A DNA stretch of 17,329 nucleotides from Fidelibacterota bacterium (GCA_046735395.1 JBJKQR010000056.1:1-17329); one strand, 5' to 3'; positions 1 through 8,118 are shown, counted from the stretch's first letter. Numbers and translations: made by a program. Notes: generated by a model from the letters alone, not told the origin.

Positions 1-2
1 AC

Positions 3-545
3 GGGACGCGCTTTAAGCGGGTGGAGAGCGGGACGAGCGAACGACTTACTGATATTTACGGATTGGATAAGGATCATTTCTGGTTTTGCGGCTTGGATAG
101 TTGGATGTGGACCACAGTATTCAAGGAGTACGAGAACGGAATGATTAAAGAATTACATCCGGTGTCAAATATGGATTATCCTCCGTATTACAGCAGTGTT
201 TGGATGGAAAACCCGTATCGGATCTATATTGCCAGCTATTCGGGCTATTGGATTTATAATGTTTTGTTGAATGAGGTGAGTCAGCAACAAATTTCAGGGA
301 TTTGGGCATCAAATAGTATCGAAGGTCAGGCACAAAATGATATTGTTGCAGCAGGACAAGGAGGAAATATTCTCCATTATAATGGAGTGACGTGGTGTCT
401 TTATGAAGGAATTCATGATTTAATTCAGGAAGAGGGAAGTATATTTTTTGAAAAGGCCTCAATACATAATGATCTGATTGTAGCGTGTGGTTATACTATT
501 ACATATCACACACGCGATTTAATCGTTATTGGACAAAGAAAATAA
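3..545 (+). CDS. C-terminal part of a beta-propeller repeat protein (5'-truncated by the window edge)
   Basis: The frame is open from position 3 (GTRFKRVESGTSERLTDIYG...), so GTG at 21 is probably not the true start. It contains blade-like repeats (LTDIYG, YSSVW, SNSIEG, VAAGQGGNILHYNGVTW) and ends at TAA 543-545. The region is visibly AT-richer than the rest of the window. Confidence 0.65.
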   Translation, partial: GTRFKRVESGTSERLTDIYGLDKDHFWFCGLDSWMWTTVFKEYENGMIKELHPVSNMDYPPYYSSVWMENPYRIYIASYSGYWIYNVLLNEVSQQQISGIWASNSIEGQAQNDIVAAGQGGNILHYNGVTWCLYEGIHDLIQEEGSIFFEKASIHNDLIVACGYTITYHTRDLIVIGQRK

Positions 546-745
546 AAATATAGGACAGACAATGTTACATCATAATTAAAAACCCCTTCGGCTAAGTTTG
601 AGATAGGATTAAGCGACTATTTTTCGGTAAAGTTGTGTTTCAGGGATCTTGTCTTCTTCAGGAATGCTGAGATAAGCTCTCCCAGCAGGGCAGTTTCTCG
701 TTTCTTCCTTAATCTCATCCTTAGCCTTCCTTCGCGCCCTTTGCG

Positions 746-766
746 GTCTCAGCGAGAGACTTTTTT
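746..766 (+). terminator. Possible weak intrinsic terminator between convergent genes
   Basis: GTCTC-agcga-GAGAC 5-bp stem followed by TTTTTT. The stem is short. Confidence 0.35.
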
Positions 767-771
767 CCGCA

Positions 772-794
772 CCAACCCGCTAACCCGCCAACCG
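772..794. repeat. Short degenerate 8-nt tandem repeat, about 3 copies
   Basis: CCAACCCG-CTAACCCG-CCAACCG directly beyond the stop codon of the TonB-dependent receptor. Confidence 0.55.
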
Positions 795-797
795 TTA

Positions 798-3149
798 TTA
801 GAATTCCAGGATAAAACCGCCGACAGGAAACATGGCGTACTGGAGAACCGTATCAATGCTTCCGTCCGGATTGTAGATATAGTCCCAGACATTGGCCGTA
901 TTGAAGAGATTTTCGATATTGAAATAGCTCACGAGGTATGTGTTTTTATGTTTGCCGATGGCGGATTTCCACTGCAGGGCCAGATCAAAGCGGGAATAGG
1001 ATGGATACCGTTCCGTGTTCCGGTGGGTCTCGTCCACGGTCCAGCGCCGCAGGCCTGCATCATAGACCGGTTTGGTATAGGGACGGCCGCCCATCATCCG
1101 GTAGCGGGCGGAAATAGTGAAAATATCGGAATTCAGCGACAGGATGCGCATGGGCAGGGACCAGTTCCCCGGATTCACGAAGCGCTTGCCGCCGACCAGG
1201 TTGAAGATATGCCGGTAATCATAATCCCATGGATACCACTGGGCGTAGCGTTCGTCCCAGGCTTCGGATTTGCTCAGTGACAGGGAAACGATACCGTACC
1301 AGGTGTCGAACATCTTTTTCTGCATGAAAAGTTCCAGTCCCCGGGACCGGGCCTTGCCGGCATTTACCCAGTAATTATCGCCGATCCGGGCCGTATCCTT
1401 CACCATCATCGTCCAGGACAGAGGCATGGGATAATCATGATACTGCTTGTCAAAGACTTCCACAGTGATGCGGATCTTCTCGGTGGGGAAATATTCCATC
1501 CCGGCTACGATCTGGTCGGTATATTTGCTCTTCAGAACCGGTGCGGTGTCCATGCGGTTTTCCAGTGACTGGAGAAAATAGGGAGTCTGGAAATGGCGTC
1601 CCGCACCGAGATTCAGAGTAAGAGCGGGTGTCAGCGACCAGGCCATGCCCAGTCGTGGAGCCCAGGTCGTTTCGCTGTTTTCGGAGTAGCGGTTCATCCG
1701 CAGGCCGGCGATAACCTTCAGGGCCGGGAGCGGATGAAAGGTAAAGGAGGCGAAACTGTGGAATTTGGTATAATAGCTGTCATCCTTCATATCATTGCCG
1801 GACCAGGACTGCAGTGTATCGATGATGGTTTCCGTGCCGGGCGTATAGAGAAACATGGTATCGGGTACGGACCAGAGTGTCGTCCGGCCGCCGGTCCGTT
1901 TGAATTCGAATCCGGCCTGAATATCCGAGGCCGGGGAAAAGGCGTGGCTGGCCAGAGCTTTCAATGCCGTCTCGCCGAGTGTGATTTTCTGATCGGCGAA
2001 GGATCTGCGCTGTTTGTCCCCGATGTATTCATCCACGTCATAGGCGTAATAGGTTTCGTTCCGGTAGGCGGTGATGCGCGAATAGGACGATTTGTTCCAG
2101 TTGGTCAGCAGGGATGTTCCCACCGCGTAGAGGTAGCCGTCGGTTTTCACATATTGGGCGCCCCGGCTCCAGGCATCATTTTCCTCTGCGGTGATCTCAA
2201 TGGCATCCGCTCCATAGACGGCGTTCACACTCAGCTTGTTGGCCGGATTCAGCTGGCGCACTACCTTGCCCTGTGTATTCCAGTAGCGCGGAACCGCGGA
2301 GAGCCCCACGCTCTTTGTCATCAGGTCGAGATAGCTCTTATGGGCGGTGACGAGGTAGGATCCTCTGCCGTCCGCGATGGGCCCTTCGGCCGTGCCGCCG
2401 ATGCCGGCCATGCCCATATCCGTTGTAAACTGCCGCTTGTCACGGCTCCCCTCACGAAAACGGATATCCATGACCGAAGACGTCTTGTCACCGTAGCGGG
2501 CCGGAAAGGCACCCGCGTAAAAATTGATATCACTGACAAATTCAGCATTGATGAGATTTACAGGCCCGCCGCCGGTTCCGGGTACACCGAAGTGATTGGG
2601 ATTGGGGATTTCGATATCATCGATGAGAAAGAGATTTTCGCCGGGAGCGCCGCCCCGAACGATAATTTCATTCATCTGGTCGGATCCGCTGCTGACGGAG
2701 GGCAGAACCTGCACGGATCTCTGAAGATCCTGCTGAGCGCCGGGATCGGCACGCAATTCACCCAGGTCAATACTCCGTTCGGATACGACCGCTCCGCTGC
2801 TTTTCTGAAAAGCCGGCGCGGTCACGGTCACCGAATTCATTTTGAGAACGGATGGTTCCAGGAGCACATCCAGGCCCGTATGCCCGTCTGATCTCACTTC
2901 CACATTCGTCTTGGTCAGCTCGGAATAGCCCATCATGGAGAAGCGGACGACCCAGGATCCGCTCGGAAGATTGTTCAGACTGTACCAGCCTGTTTCGTCG
3001 GACATGGTTCCCATGTCGCTGCCGTCAATCATGACATTCACGGCTACCAGAGGCTGCCGTGTCTGTGCGTCGCGGATGAATCCGTTGATATTTCCGCCTA
3101 CAAGGGCCGAGGCCATCATCAGACATCCGAATAGTGTTCGTTTTCCCAT
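798..3149 (-). CDS. TonB-dependent outer-membrane receptor with N-terminal carboxypeptidase-regulatory-like domain
   Basis: 783 aa. Signal peptide; GFIRDAQTRQPLVAVNV...SMMGY (CarboxypepD_reg-like); plug motifs IIVRGG, ENLFLIDDIEIPNPNHF and GAFPARYGDKTSSV; barrel motifs PRLG and NIENLFN; C-terminal Phe (LEF). Confidence 0.93.
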   Translation of the reverse strand: MGKRTLFGCLMMASALVGGNINGFIRDAQTRQPLVAVNVMIDGSDMGTMSDETGWYSLNNLPSGSWVVRFSMMGYSELTKTNVEVRSDGHTGLDVLLEPSVLKMNSVTVTAPAFQKSSGAVVSERSIDLGELRADPGAQQDLQRSVQVLPSVSSGSDQMNEIIVRGGAPGENLFLIDDIEIPNPNHFGVPGTGGGPVNLINAEFVSDINFYAGAFPARYGDKTSSVMDIRFREGSRDKRQFTTDMGMAGIGGTAEGPIADGRGSYLVTAHKSYLDLMTKSVGLSAVPRYWNTQGKVVRQLNPANKLSVNAVYGADAIEITAEENDAWSRGAQYVKTDGYLYAVGTSLLTNWNKSSYSRITAYRNETYYAYDVDEYIGDKQRRSFADQKITLGETALKALASHAFSPASDIQAGFEFKRTGGRTTLWSVPDTMFLYTPGTETIIDTLQSWSGNDMKDDSYYTKFHSFASFTFHPLPALKVIAGLRMNRYSENSETTWAPRLGMAWSLTPALTLNLGAGRHFQTPYFLQSLENRMDTAPVLKSKYTDQIVAGMEYFPTEKIRITVEVFDKQYHDYPMPLSWTMMVKDTARIGDNYWVNAGKARSRGLELFMQKKMFDTWYGIVSLSLSKSEAWDERYAQWYPWDYDYRHIFNLVGGKRFVNPGNWSLPMRILSLNSDIFTISARYRMMGGRPYTKPVYDAGLRRWTVDETHRNTERYPSYSRFDLALQWKSAIGKHKNTYLVSYFNIENLFNTANVWDYIYNPDGSIDTVLQYAMFPVGGFILEF

Positions 3150-3184
3150 TTTTTACTCTATCCTCTCTCTGCTATTGCTATGAT

Positions 3185-3215
3185 ATTAGAAGGCTGTCGG
3201 CACAAAAGGTTGTCA
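3185..3215 (-). promoter_or_regulatory. Putative ECF-sigma promoter upstream of the TonB-dependent receptor
   Basis: The minus strand reads TGACAAC-CTTTTGTGCCGACAGC-CTTCTAAT, i.e. AAC-N16-CTTCTAAT. This resembles AAC-N16/17-CGT ECF promoters, with one mismatch in the -10. Confidence 0.3.
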
Positions 3216-3276
3216 GCGGAATGCAAATAATTTATTAGAATGATGATACGTACAAATGTCGGATACTCTGTTATTG

Positions 3277-4416
3277 TCAGTGCCCGTCTGACGGCAGATC
3301 CTTTTTCAGGAGACGCCGCCGCTTGTGCTGTTCCCGGTGAAAGAATTTCCACTGATTCTGAACTTTGTCATTGCTTTCCAGTTCCGGATTGGATTCGGCC
3401 CAGCGGATTCCCTGCCTGAGAAAGAAGGGCATGAGGTCATTGAAAACCATGGCATTGACGCCTTTTCCCTGAAGGTCCGGGCGAACGCCGATGAGCAGAA
3501 GATCGGCAATGTCGAAATGGCTGAAAGCGCGGCGGAGATGGATCCATCCGAAGGGGAAAATCCGCCCTTCGCATTTCTGCAGGGCACGGGTGAGGGAGGG
3601 CATGGTGATTCCGAAGGCCGCTACCTCATCCTGCTCGTCCACGATGACGGAGAGAAATTTCGCCGGGATGAAGGGAATGTTTTCCCGGATATAATAGCTG
3701 ATCTGTTCCCGGCTCAGCGGAACATGAGTGTAAAGGGCATCGTAGGAGGCCTCCAGGCTGCTGAAGATTTTTTCCGCGTAGGCCAGCAGATCCTTCTTTT
3801 TCTGTCCGTAAAGGCTTCTCAGCCCCAGCGCTTTTCCTGTGCGGGCAGCCATCTTGCCGATAATGTCGATTTCCTTTTCGGGAGGGAATATTTTATACTC
3901 CACCCAGTCGATGTCCTTGATATAGCCCATGGCCTCAATATGCTTCAGATAATAGGGATGATTGTAGAGGACATTCATGGTGGACAGCTCCTCAAAGCCT
4001 TCCACCAGCAGACCCTGATGATCCATGGACGTAAATCCGAGGGGCCCGGACAGGCGGGTCATGCCCCGGGCGGCGGCCCAGTCTTCAAATGTGGTGAATA
4101 ACAGCCGGCTCACATCCGGATCATCGATAAAATCGGGAAAGCCGAATCGGGCGGCAGAAATTTTCCGTTTGGCATTATAGGGATAGGAAATAATTCCGGC
4201 CAGGCGTCCTACCGTTTTCCCGTCTTTCAGGGCCAGCCAGAAGGCGGTGTCGGCGCTGCGGAAGGCCGGGTTCATGTCGGGGTCATAGGTCTTCATTTCG
4301 CTTCTGAGCAGAGGAGGGCACCAGTATGAATTCCCCCTGTACAAGTCATAATGCAGCTGAACGAAGCGTAGACGGTCCTCTTTGCTCCGGACTTCCCGTA
4401 TTTCCAGTGAACTCAT
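3277..4416 (-). CDS. YghO-like tandem GNAT-fold acyltransferase (bacterial ceramide synthase bCerS-like family)
   Basis: 379 aa. Family-typical motifs LYRGNSYWCPPL, VGRLAGI, RFGFPDFIDD, GPLGFTSMDHQGLLVEGF and YNHPYY; C-terminal GNAT acyl-CoA motif IGVRPDLQGKGV; ELESN. GGAG RBS upstream. Confidence 0.75.
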   Translation of the reverse strand: MSSLEIREVRSKEDRLRFVQLHYDLYRGNSYWCPPLLRSEMKTYDPDMNPAFRSADTAFWLALKDGKTVGRLAGIISYPYNAKRKISAARFGFPDFIDDPDVSRLLFTTFEDWAAARGMTRLSGPLGFTSMDHQGLLVEGFEELSTMNVLYNHPYYLKHIEAMGYIKDIDWVEYKIFPPEKEIDIIGKMAARTGKALGLRSLYGQKKKDLLAYAEKIFSSLEASYDALYTHVPLSREQISYYIRENIPFIPAKFLSVIVDEQDEVAAFGITMPSLTRALQKCEGRIFPFGWIHLRRAFSHFDIADLLLIGVRPDLQGKGVNAMVFNDLMPFFLRQGIRWAESNPELESNDKVQNQWKFFHREQHKRRRLLKKDLPSDGH

Positions 4417-4460
4417 ATCGGCTCCCTGATTAGTAATTAATAAAACCAGTGCCCGCCCTG

Positions 4461-5249
4461 TTACAGCGGAATTTCCACTCCGAATCCGGAGGGCGTGATC
4501 ACGGCATGCAGATGATTCCGGGAGGCAGGGTGCTGAGTAACCCAGCTGCCCACGAAATAGCCGATGCCGGCGCCGAGAAAGGTATCCGACAGCCAGTGCC
4601 GGTCATGGTAAATCCTTGAGGCTGCGGTGAGGCCTGCGACGGTATAGCATGCGGCTTTCAGCGCTACGCTGTCTGTTGATTTCGCGAATACGGTTGAGAC
4701 GGCAAAACTGACGGTGGTGTGGCCACTGGGCAGGGACAGGTAGCGGTTGTCCGTCAGCTGAATGGGGCGGAAAGTGAAGGCATTTTGAGCCGAATAAGGC
4801 CGCTCGCGGCTGAAGAGCACTTTTGCAGCGGCCGTAATGCCGCCGCTGAACACGAAGGCTTCCACCGCGTTCCGTCCCGCTTCCCGGAGGCGGGTGTTCT
4901 GTCCTGTCAGCCCCGCGCCGTAGACGGCCATTCCCAGAAAAAGACTATACTGGTTTCCGCTCCAGGAATCGAAACTGAAAATCCGGTCGTTCAGCGGACT
5001 CTGGCTGCGGCGGGCCAGGTCACGGACGGGTTCGTCAGCCAGAAAGAGAAGGCCGGTTCCGGCCAGATATGCGCCGGCGACAGTCCAGTCCTGCCGGTCA
5101 AAGCTTCCCGGAGACTTGACCAGAGACAGCCCGCTGCGAAAGCCATGCTGAATATCTCCGCTGATGGTGTCAATGATTTCGCTATGAAGCCGGCCCGGAT
5201 TGACAGCGAGTAGGATCAGGGCCACGAGAGAAATGAATGCTTTTTTCAT
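4461..5249 (-). CDS. PAP2-family membrane phosphatase with signal peptide
   Basis: All three PAP2 motifs are intact: K-x6-RP (KVLFSRERP), PSGH and SR-x5-H-x3-D (SRIYHDRHWLSD). N-terminal signal sequence MKKAFISLVALILLA. Confidence 0.92.
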   Translation of the reverse strand: MKKAFISLVALILLAVNPGRLHSEIIDTISGDIQHGFRSGLSLVKSPGSFDRQDWTVAGAYLAGTGLLFLADEPVRDLARRSQSPLNDRIFSFDSWSGNQYSLFLGMAVYGAGLTGQNTRLREAGRNAVEAFVFSGGITAAAKVLFSRERPYSAQNAFTFRPIQLTDNRYLSLPSGHTTVSFAVSTVFAKSTDSVALKAACYTVAGLTAASRIYHDRHWLSDTFLGAGIGYFVGSWVTQHPASRNHLHAVITPSGFGVEIPL

Positions 5250-5470
5250 GATATTATGAGTTGTCTCCTTTTAGAGGGGGGTGGCGAAGATTTTTGTGTC
5301 CGGAATTGTTGTGTCTGTGTTCTATCCATTTTAATGAATTTAAAAAGAGCCGACGGGGATGTCGACGACTTTTTCATTTGTCAGATCCCATGATGCCTGG
5401 AGGCTGATTACTTCCCCGGTTTTTGTGTTTTCCATGTTTATAAAGCCCGGAATTTTTTATATTGCCCCCT

Positions 5471-7174
5471 ATGAAAACTTACCTATATCGAATTTTAATT
5501 CTGGGCACAGTATTTCTTGTCCAGGCCCTGACTCTGACGGCTCTGCCGCTGTGGGTCAGTCCGGATGATCCGGTCTATGACTTTCTCGATAAACTGGCGA
5601 CACGGGGTATGATCCGGAATTTTCAGAATGATGTGAAGCCGCTTCCTCGGCAGGAAATCGTGGACGCACTGGAACAGGCACAAAAAGCCGAAAGGGGGTT
5701 GAGCGCGGCCGACCGGAAAATTCTCGCGCGCTACCTGCAGCAGTTTCATTATGAAACGCAGCCCCGGCGTCATGAGGATCTGACGGCGTCCGGAAGCGAT
5801 GTCTGGTGGGCCGGCCAGTCTGTCCCGTCTGTGAAACAGAGCCTGGAGCGGGCTTTTCACTATTCACCCGATGCGGATCCGCCGCATTTTGTCATTTACG
5901 AAAGGGATCAGGACCGGCTGTGGCTGGACTGGAGCGAGGCGCTTCGTTCTGAGAGCAAGGGATCAGCCCGGCGCTGGCTGTGGCGAGACAATTTCGAATT
6001 CAATTATGCTTTCGGGGAAAAATTCGGCCTCTATTTTGACGCGACCCGCCTGATCCAGACCTATAATCCGGATTACAGCGAATTATCCTCTGCCTACCGG
6101 GGCGGCTATGTGGCCAAGCTGGAAGAAGGAGTAAATTATTACAGCTATGACTTCAGCCACGCATACGTGAACTGGGAGTCTGGGTACGGCCAGTTCAGCC
6201 TGTCAAATTATCCCATAAAATGGGGAAACGGGCGTGAGTCCATGCAGCTGAACGGCAGCGGTCAGGCCTATCCTGCCATACAGTGGAGCAAGCGCTTCGG
6301 AAGCAGCCGATTTTCCTTCATTCACGGCTGGCTCTTGCCACAGCAGTCTGAAAAAGACACGCTCTTCAACAGCGCGAATTATGTGAAGAAATATATCGTC
6401 GGCCATCGCTGGGAAGTTGCACCCTGGTCCCGTCTCCATCTCGCCTTTTCTGAATTTATCGTATACGGAAACCGCGATGTGGAGATGACCTACATGCTGC
6501 CCATGATCTTTCTGTGGAGCGCCCAGCATAATCTGAATGACCGGGGAAATATGCTCATGTCCGTGGACGGGGAGCTGTTTCCGACTGATGGCGTGAAACT
6601 CTACGGAACGGTTTTTCTGGATGAACTGAAGCTGTCCGAGATCACCAAACCCTGGTGGGCAAACAAACAGGGCTATCAGCTCGGTGTGCATGTGGCTCCG
6701 GCCGGCCTTCCCGGTTTTCCCGATTTTCGCCTCGAAGTGACCTATGTCCATCCCTGGATCTATACGCACAAATATGATTTCAACACCTTCACCCACAACG
6801 GACAGGGCCTGGGTTTTTCCGAAGGGCCGAACAGCTTTTCCACGCTTTTCGAAAGTTCTCTCCAGCCTACCTTCCGCAGCCGATTTCTGCTGTCCTGCCG
6901 CTACCTGCTGAAAGGTGTGAATCCGCTGTCTCCGGGCGATCCGGGCTACTACCCCATCGGCGATGATCCGAATCAGAACTATAACCAGCGGAATCCGGCC
7001 TTCGATGAACATACGGACTGGATCATGGGAACCCGGCAGAATACGGTGGAAACGGGCCTGAGCTGGAATTATCTGCTGACCGATATTCTGAACCTCGACG
7101 CCGGCCTGTCCTGGCGCCGCATCGATAAAGAATCCTCATTTTATTATCATCTGCAGCTCATGATGAAATACTGA
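5471..7174 (+). CDS. Capsule assembly Wzi-family outer-membrane beta-barrel protein
   Basis: Start is most likely ATG 5471 (MKTYLYRILIL..., signal peptide). N-terminal DPVYDFLDKLATRG...KPLPRQEI helical segment; WGNG, GHRWE, LAFSEFIVYG, YGTVFLDE, YTH and GLGFSEGPNS motifs as seen in Wzi-like proteins; terminal aromatic residue. Confidence 0.78.
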   Translation: MKTYLYRILILGTVFLVQALTLTALPLWVSPDDPVYDFLDKLATRGMIRNFQNDVKPLPRQEIVDALEQAQKAERGLSAADRKILARYLQQFHYETQPRRHEDLTASGSDVWWAGQSVPSVKQSLERAFHYSPDADPPHFVIYERDQDRLWLDWSEALRSESKGSARRWLWRDNFEFNYAFGEKFGLYFDATRLIQTYNPDYSELSSAYRGGYVAKLEEGVNYYSYDFSHAYVNWESGYGQFSLSNYPIKWGNGRESMQLNGSGQAYPAIQWSKRFGSSRFSFIHGWLLPQQSEKDTLFNSANYVKKYIVGHRWEVAPWSRLHLAFSEFIVYGNRDVEMTYMLPMIFLWSAQHNLNDRGNMLMSVDGELFPTDGVKLYGTVFLDELKLSEITKPWWANKQGYQLGVHVAPAGLPGFPDFRLEVTYVHPWIYTHKYDFNTFTHNGQGLGFSEGPNSFSTLFESSLQPTFRSRFLLSCRYLLKGVNPLSPGDPGYYPIGDDPNQNYNQRNPAFDEHTDWIMGTRQNTVETGLSWNYLLTDILNLDAGLSWRRIDKESSFYYHLQLMMKY

Positions 7175-7292
7175 TGTCCGGCTGACGGGTAAACAGACGG
7201 CTCCGCTATAAAATGGTTCTGTTCCTCCTTGAAAATGTTTGAATAATTCCCTTTTTGAATAGTTCAGAGATATTTATTCCATAATCAACCTG

Positions 7293-7309
7293 TTGTTCAA
7301 TATGAACAA
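7293..7309. promoter_or_regulatory. Perfect 7-3-7 palindrome, candidate transcription-factor operator
   Basis: TTGTTCA-ATA-TGAACAA in an AT-rich intergenic region 115 bp upstream of the 7424 ORF. Confidence 0.5.
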
Positions 7310-7423
7310 ATGGGAGAAAAACCGCTGAAATCTTGTTAACTTGTAGCAGGCGGTCCGGCTTATGATGCGGTGATCATTGTCGCGGGTTGTCTGTGAAGCA
7401 CAGAAGTTATGAAAGGAGAATGA

Positions 7424-7801
7424 ATGACTGGTTTTCGAAGTTTTGTCCTGAGCCTGATCCTGCTTGCCCTGATAACCATTGTAAGCGGACATTTTCTGAA
7501 TCGTTCCGGGGCTCCTTACGGGGGCGTCGGATTCAATGTACATAAATTTGCGGCGCTCATCCTGGCCGTGGTTGCCGTCATTCTGGTGAACAGAATGTGG
7601 ACGGTGCTGCCTCCGGATGCGCTGGAGCTGTGGACTGCCGTGGCCGCGGTTCTCTTTTTCATCGGCGCCGTCATTACCGGAGGCCTGCTCAGTGTTGAAA
7701 AAGATTTCCCGGAATGGGTGAATCTGCTGCACAGGGTTCTGCCGATGCTGACCATAATTTTCACCGGGCTGAATGTGTATCTTCTCTTCCATCATCGCTG
7801 A
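7424..7801 (+). CDS. Small four-helix integral membrane protein, hypothetical
   Basis: 125 aa with four hydrophobic segments. Strong RBS AAAGGAG before ATG. His residues in NVHKF and LLHRV. Confidence 0.8.
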   Translation: MTGFRSFVLSLILLALITIVSGHFLNRSGAPYGGVGFNVHKFAALILAVVAVILVNRMWTVLPPDALELWTAVAAVLFFIGAVITGGLLSVEKDFPEWVNLLHRVLPMLTIIFTGLNVYLLFHHR

Positions 7802-7851
7802 GTGCGACGGGGCCCGGTGCTTGTGACGATAATAAATGCGGGAGGTGTACC

Positions 7852-8037
7852 ATGCGTCATCTTATCCATTTTACACGAAGCGGGTTTGTCGTCTCTGCCG
7901 TGGGCCTCATCATCGGGGCGGATTTTCTCATGAACTGGGTGGAATGCAGTGAAGATCTGGCCAGCGCCGGGATCGGTGCGCTCATTGCCGCCGGATCCGG
8001 AACCTGGCTGGTTCTCATGTACCTGCACCGAACCTGA
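7852..8037 (+). CDS. Small two-helix membrane protein (61 aa), hypothetical
   Basis: GGAGGT RBS at 7841-7846 precedes ATG 7852, in frame with the listed 7714..8037 ORF. Two hydrophobic segments. Confidence 0.65.
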   Translation: MRHLIHFTRSGFVVSAVGLIIGADFLMNWVECSEDLASAGIGALIAAGSGTWLVLMYLHRT

Positions 8038-8118
8038 TCAGAAGGCTATGAATAAAGGCCGCTGGCGGGGGAAGTGTGCAGATCTGCTCTTCACAATAAT
8101 AGCCTGGGAGGTATAATT

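Noticed and set aside
1..545. Diversity-generating retroelement target
   Set aside because: No reverse transcriptase and no template/variable repeat pair visible in the window.
772..794. CRISPR-like repeat
   Set aside because: The units are 8 nt, have no spacers, and no cas genes are in the window.
1593..2891. 432-aa plus-strand ORF (also 633..1280)
   Set aside because: Antisense shadow of the TonB-dependent receptor, with no recognisable motifs. Long antisense frames are expected with GC-biased codon usage.
3325..4101. 258-aa plus-strand ORF, and similar ORFs 6203..7012, 7274..7795 and 13722..14531
   Set aside because: All are antisense to well-supported genes and have no independent coding evidence.
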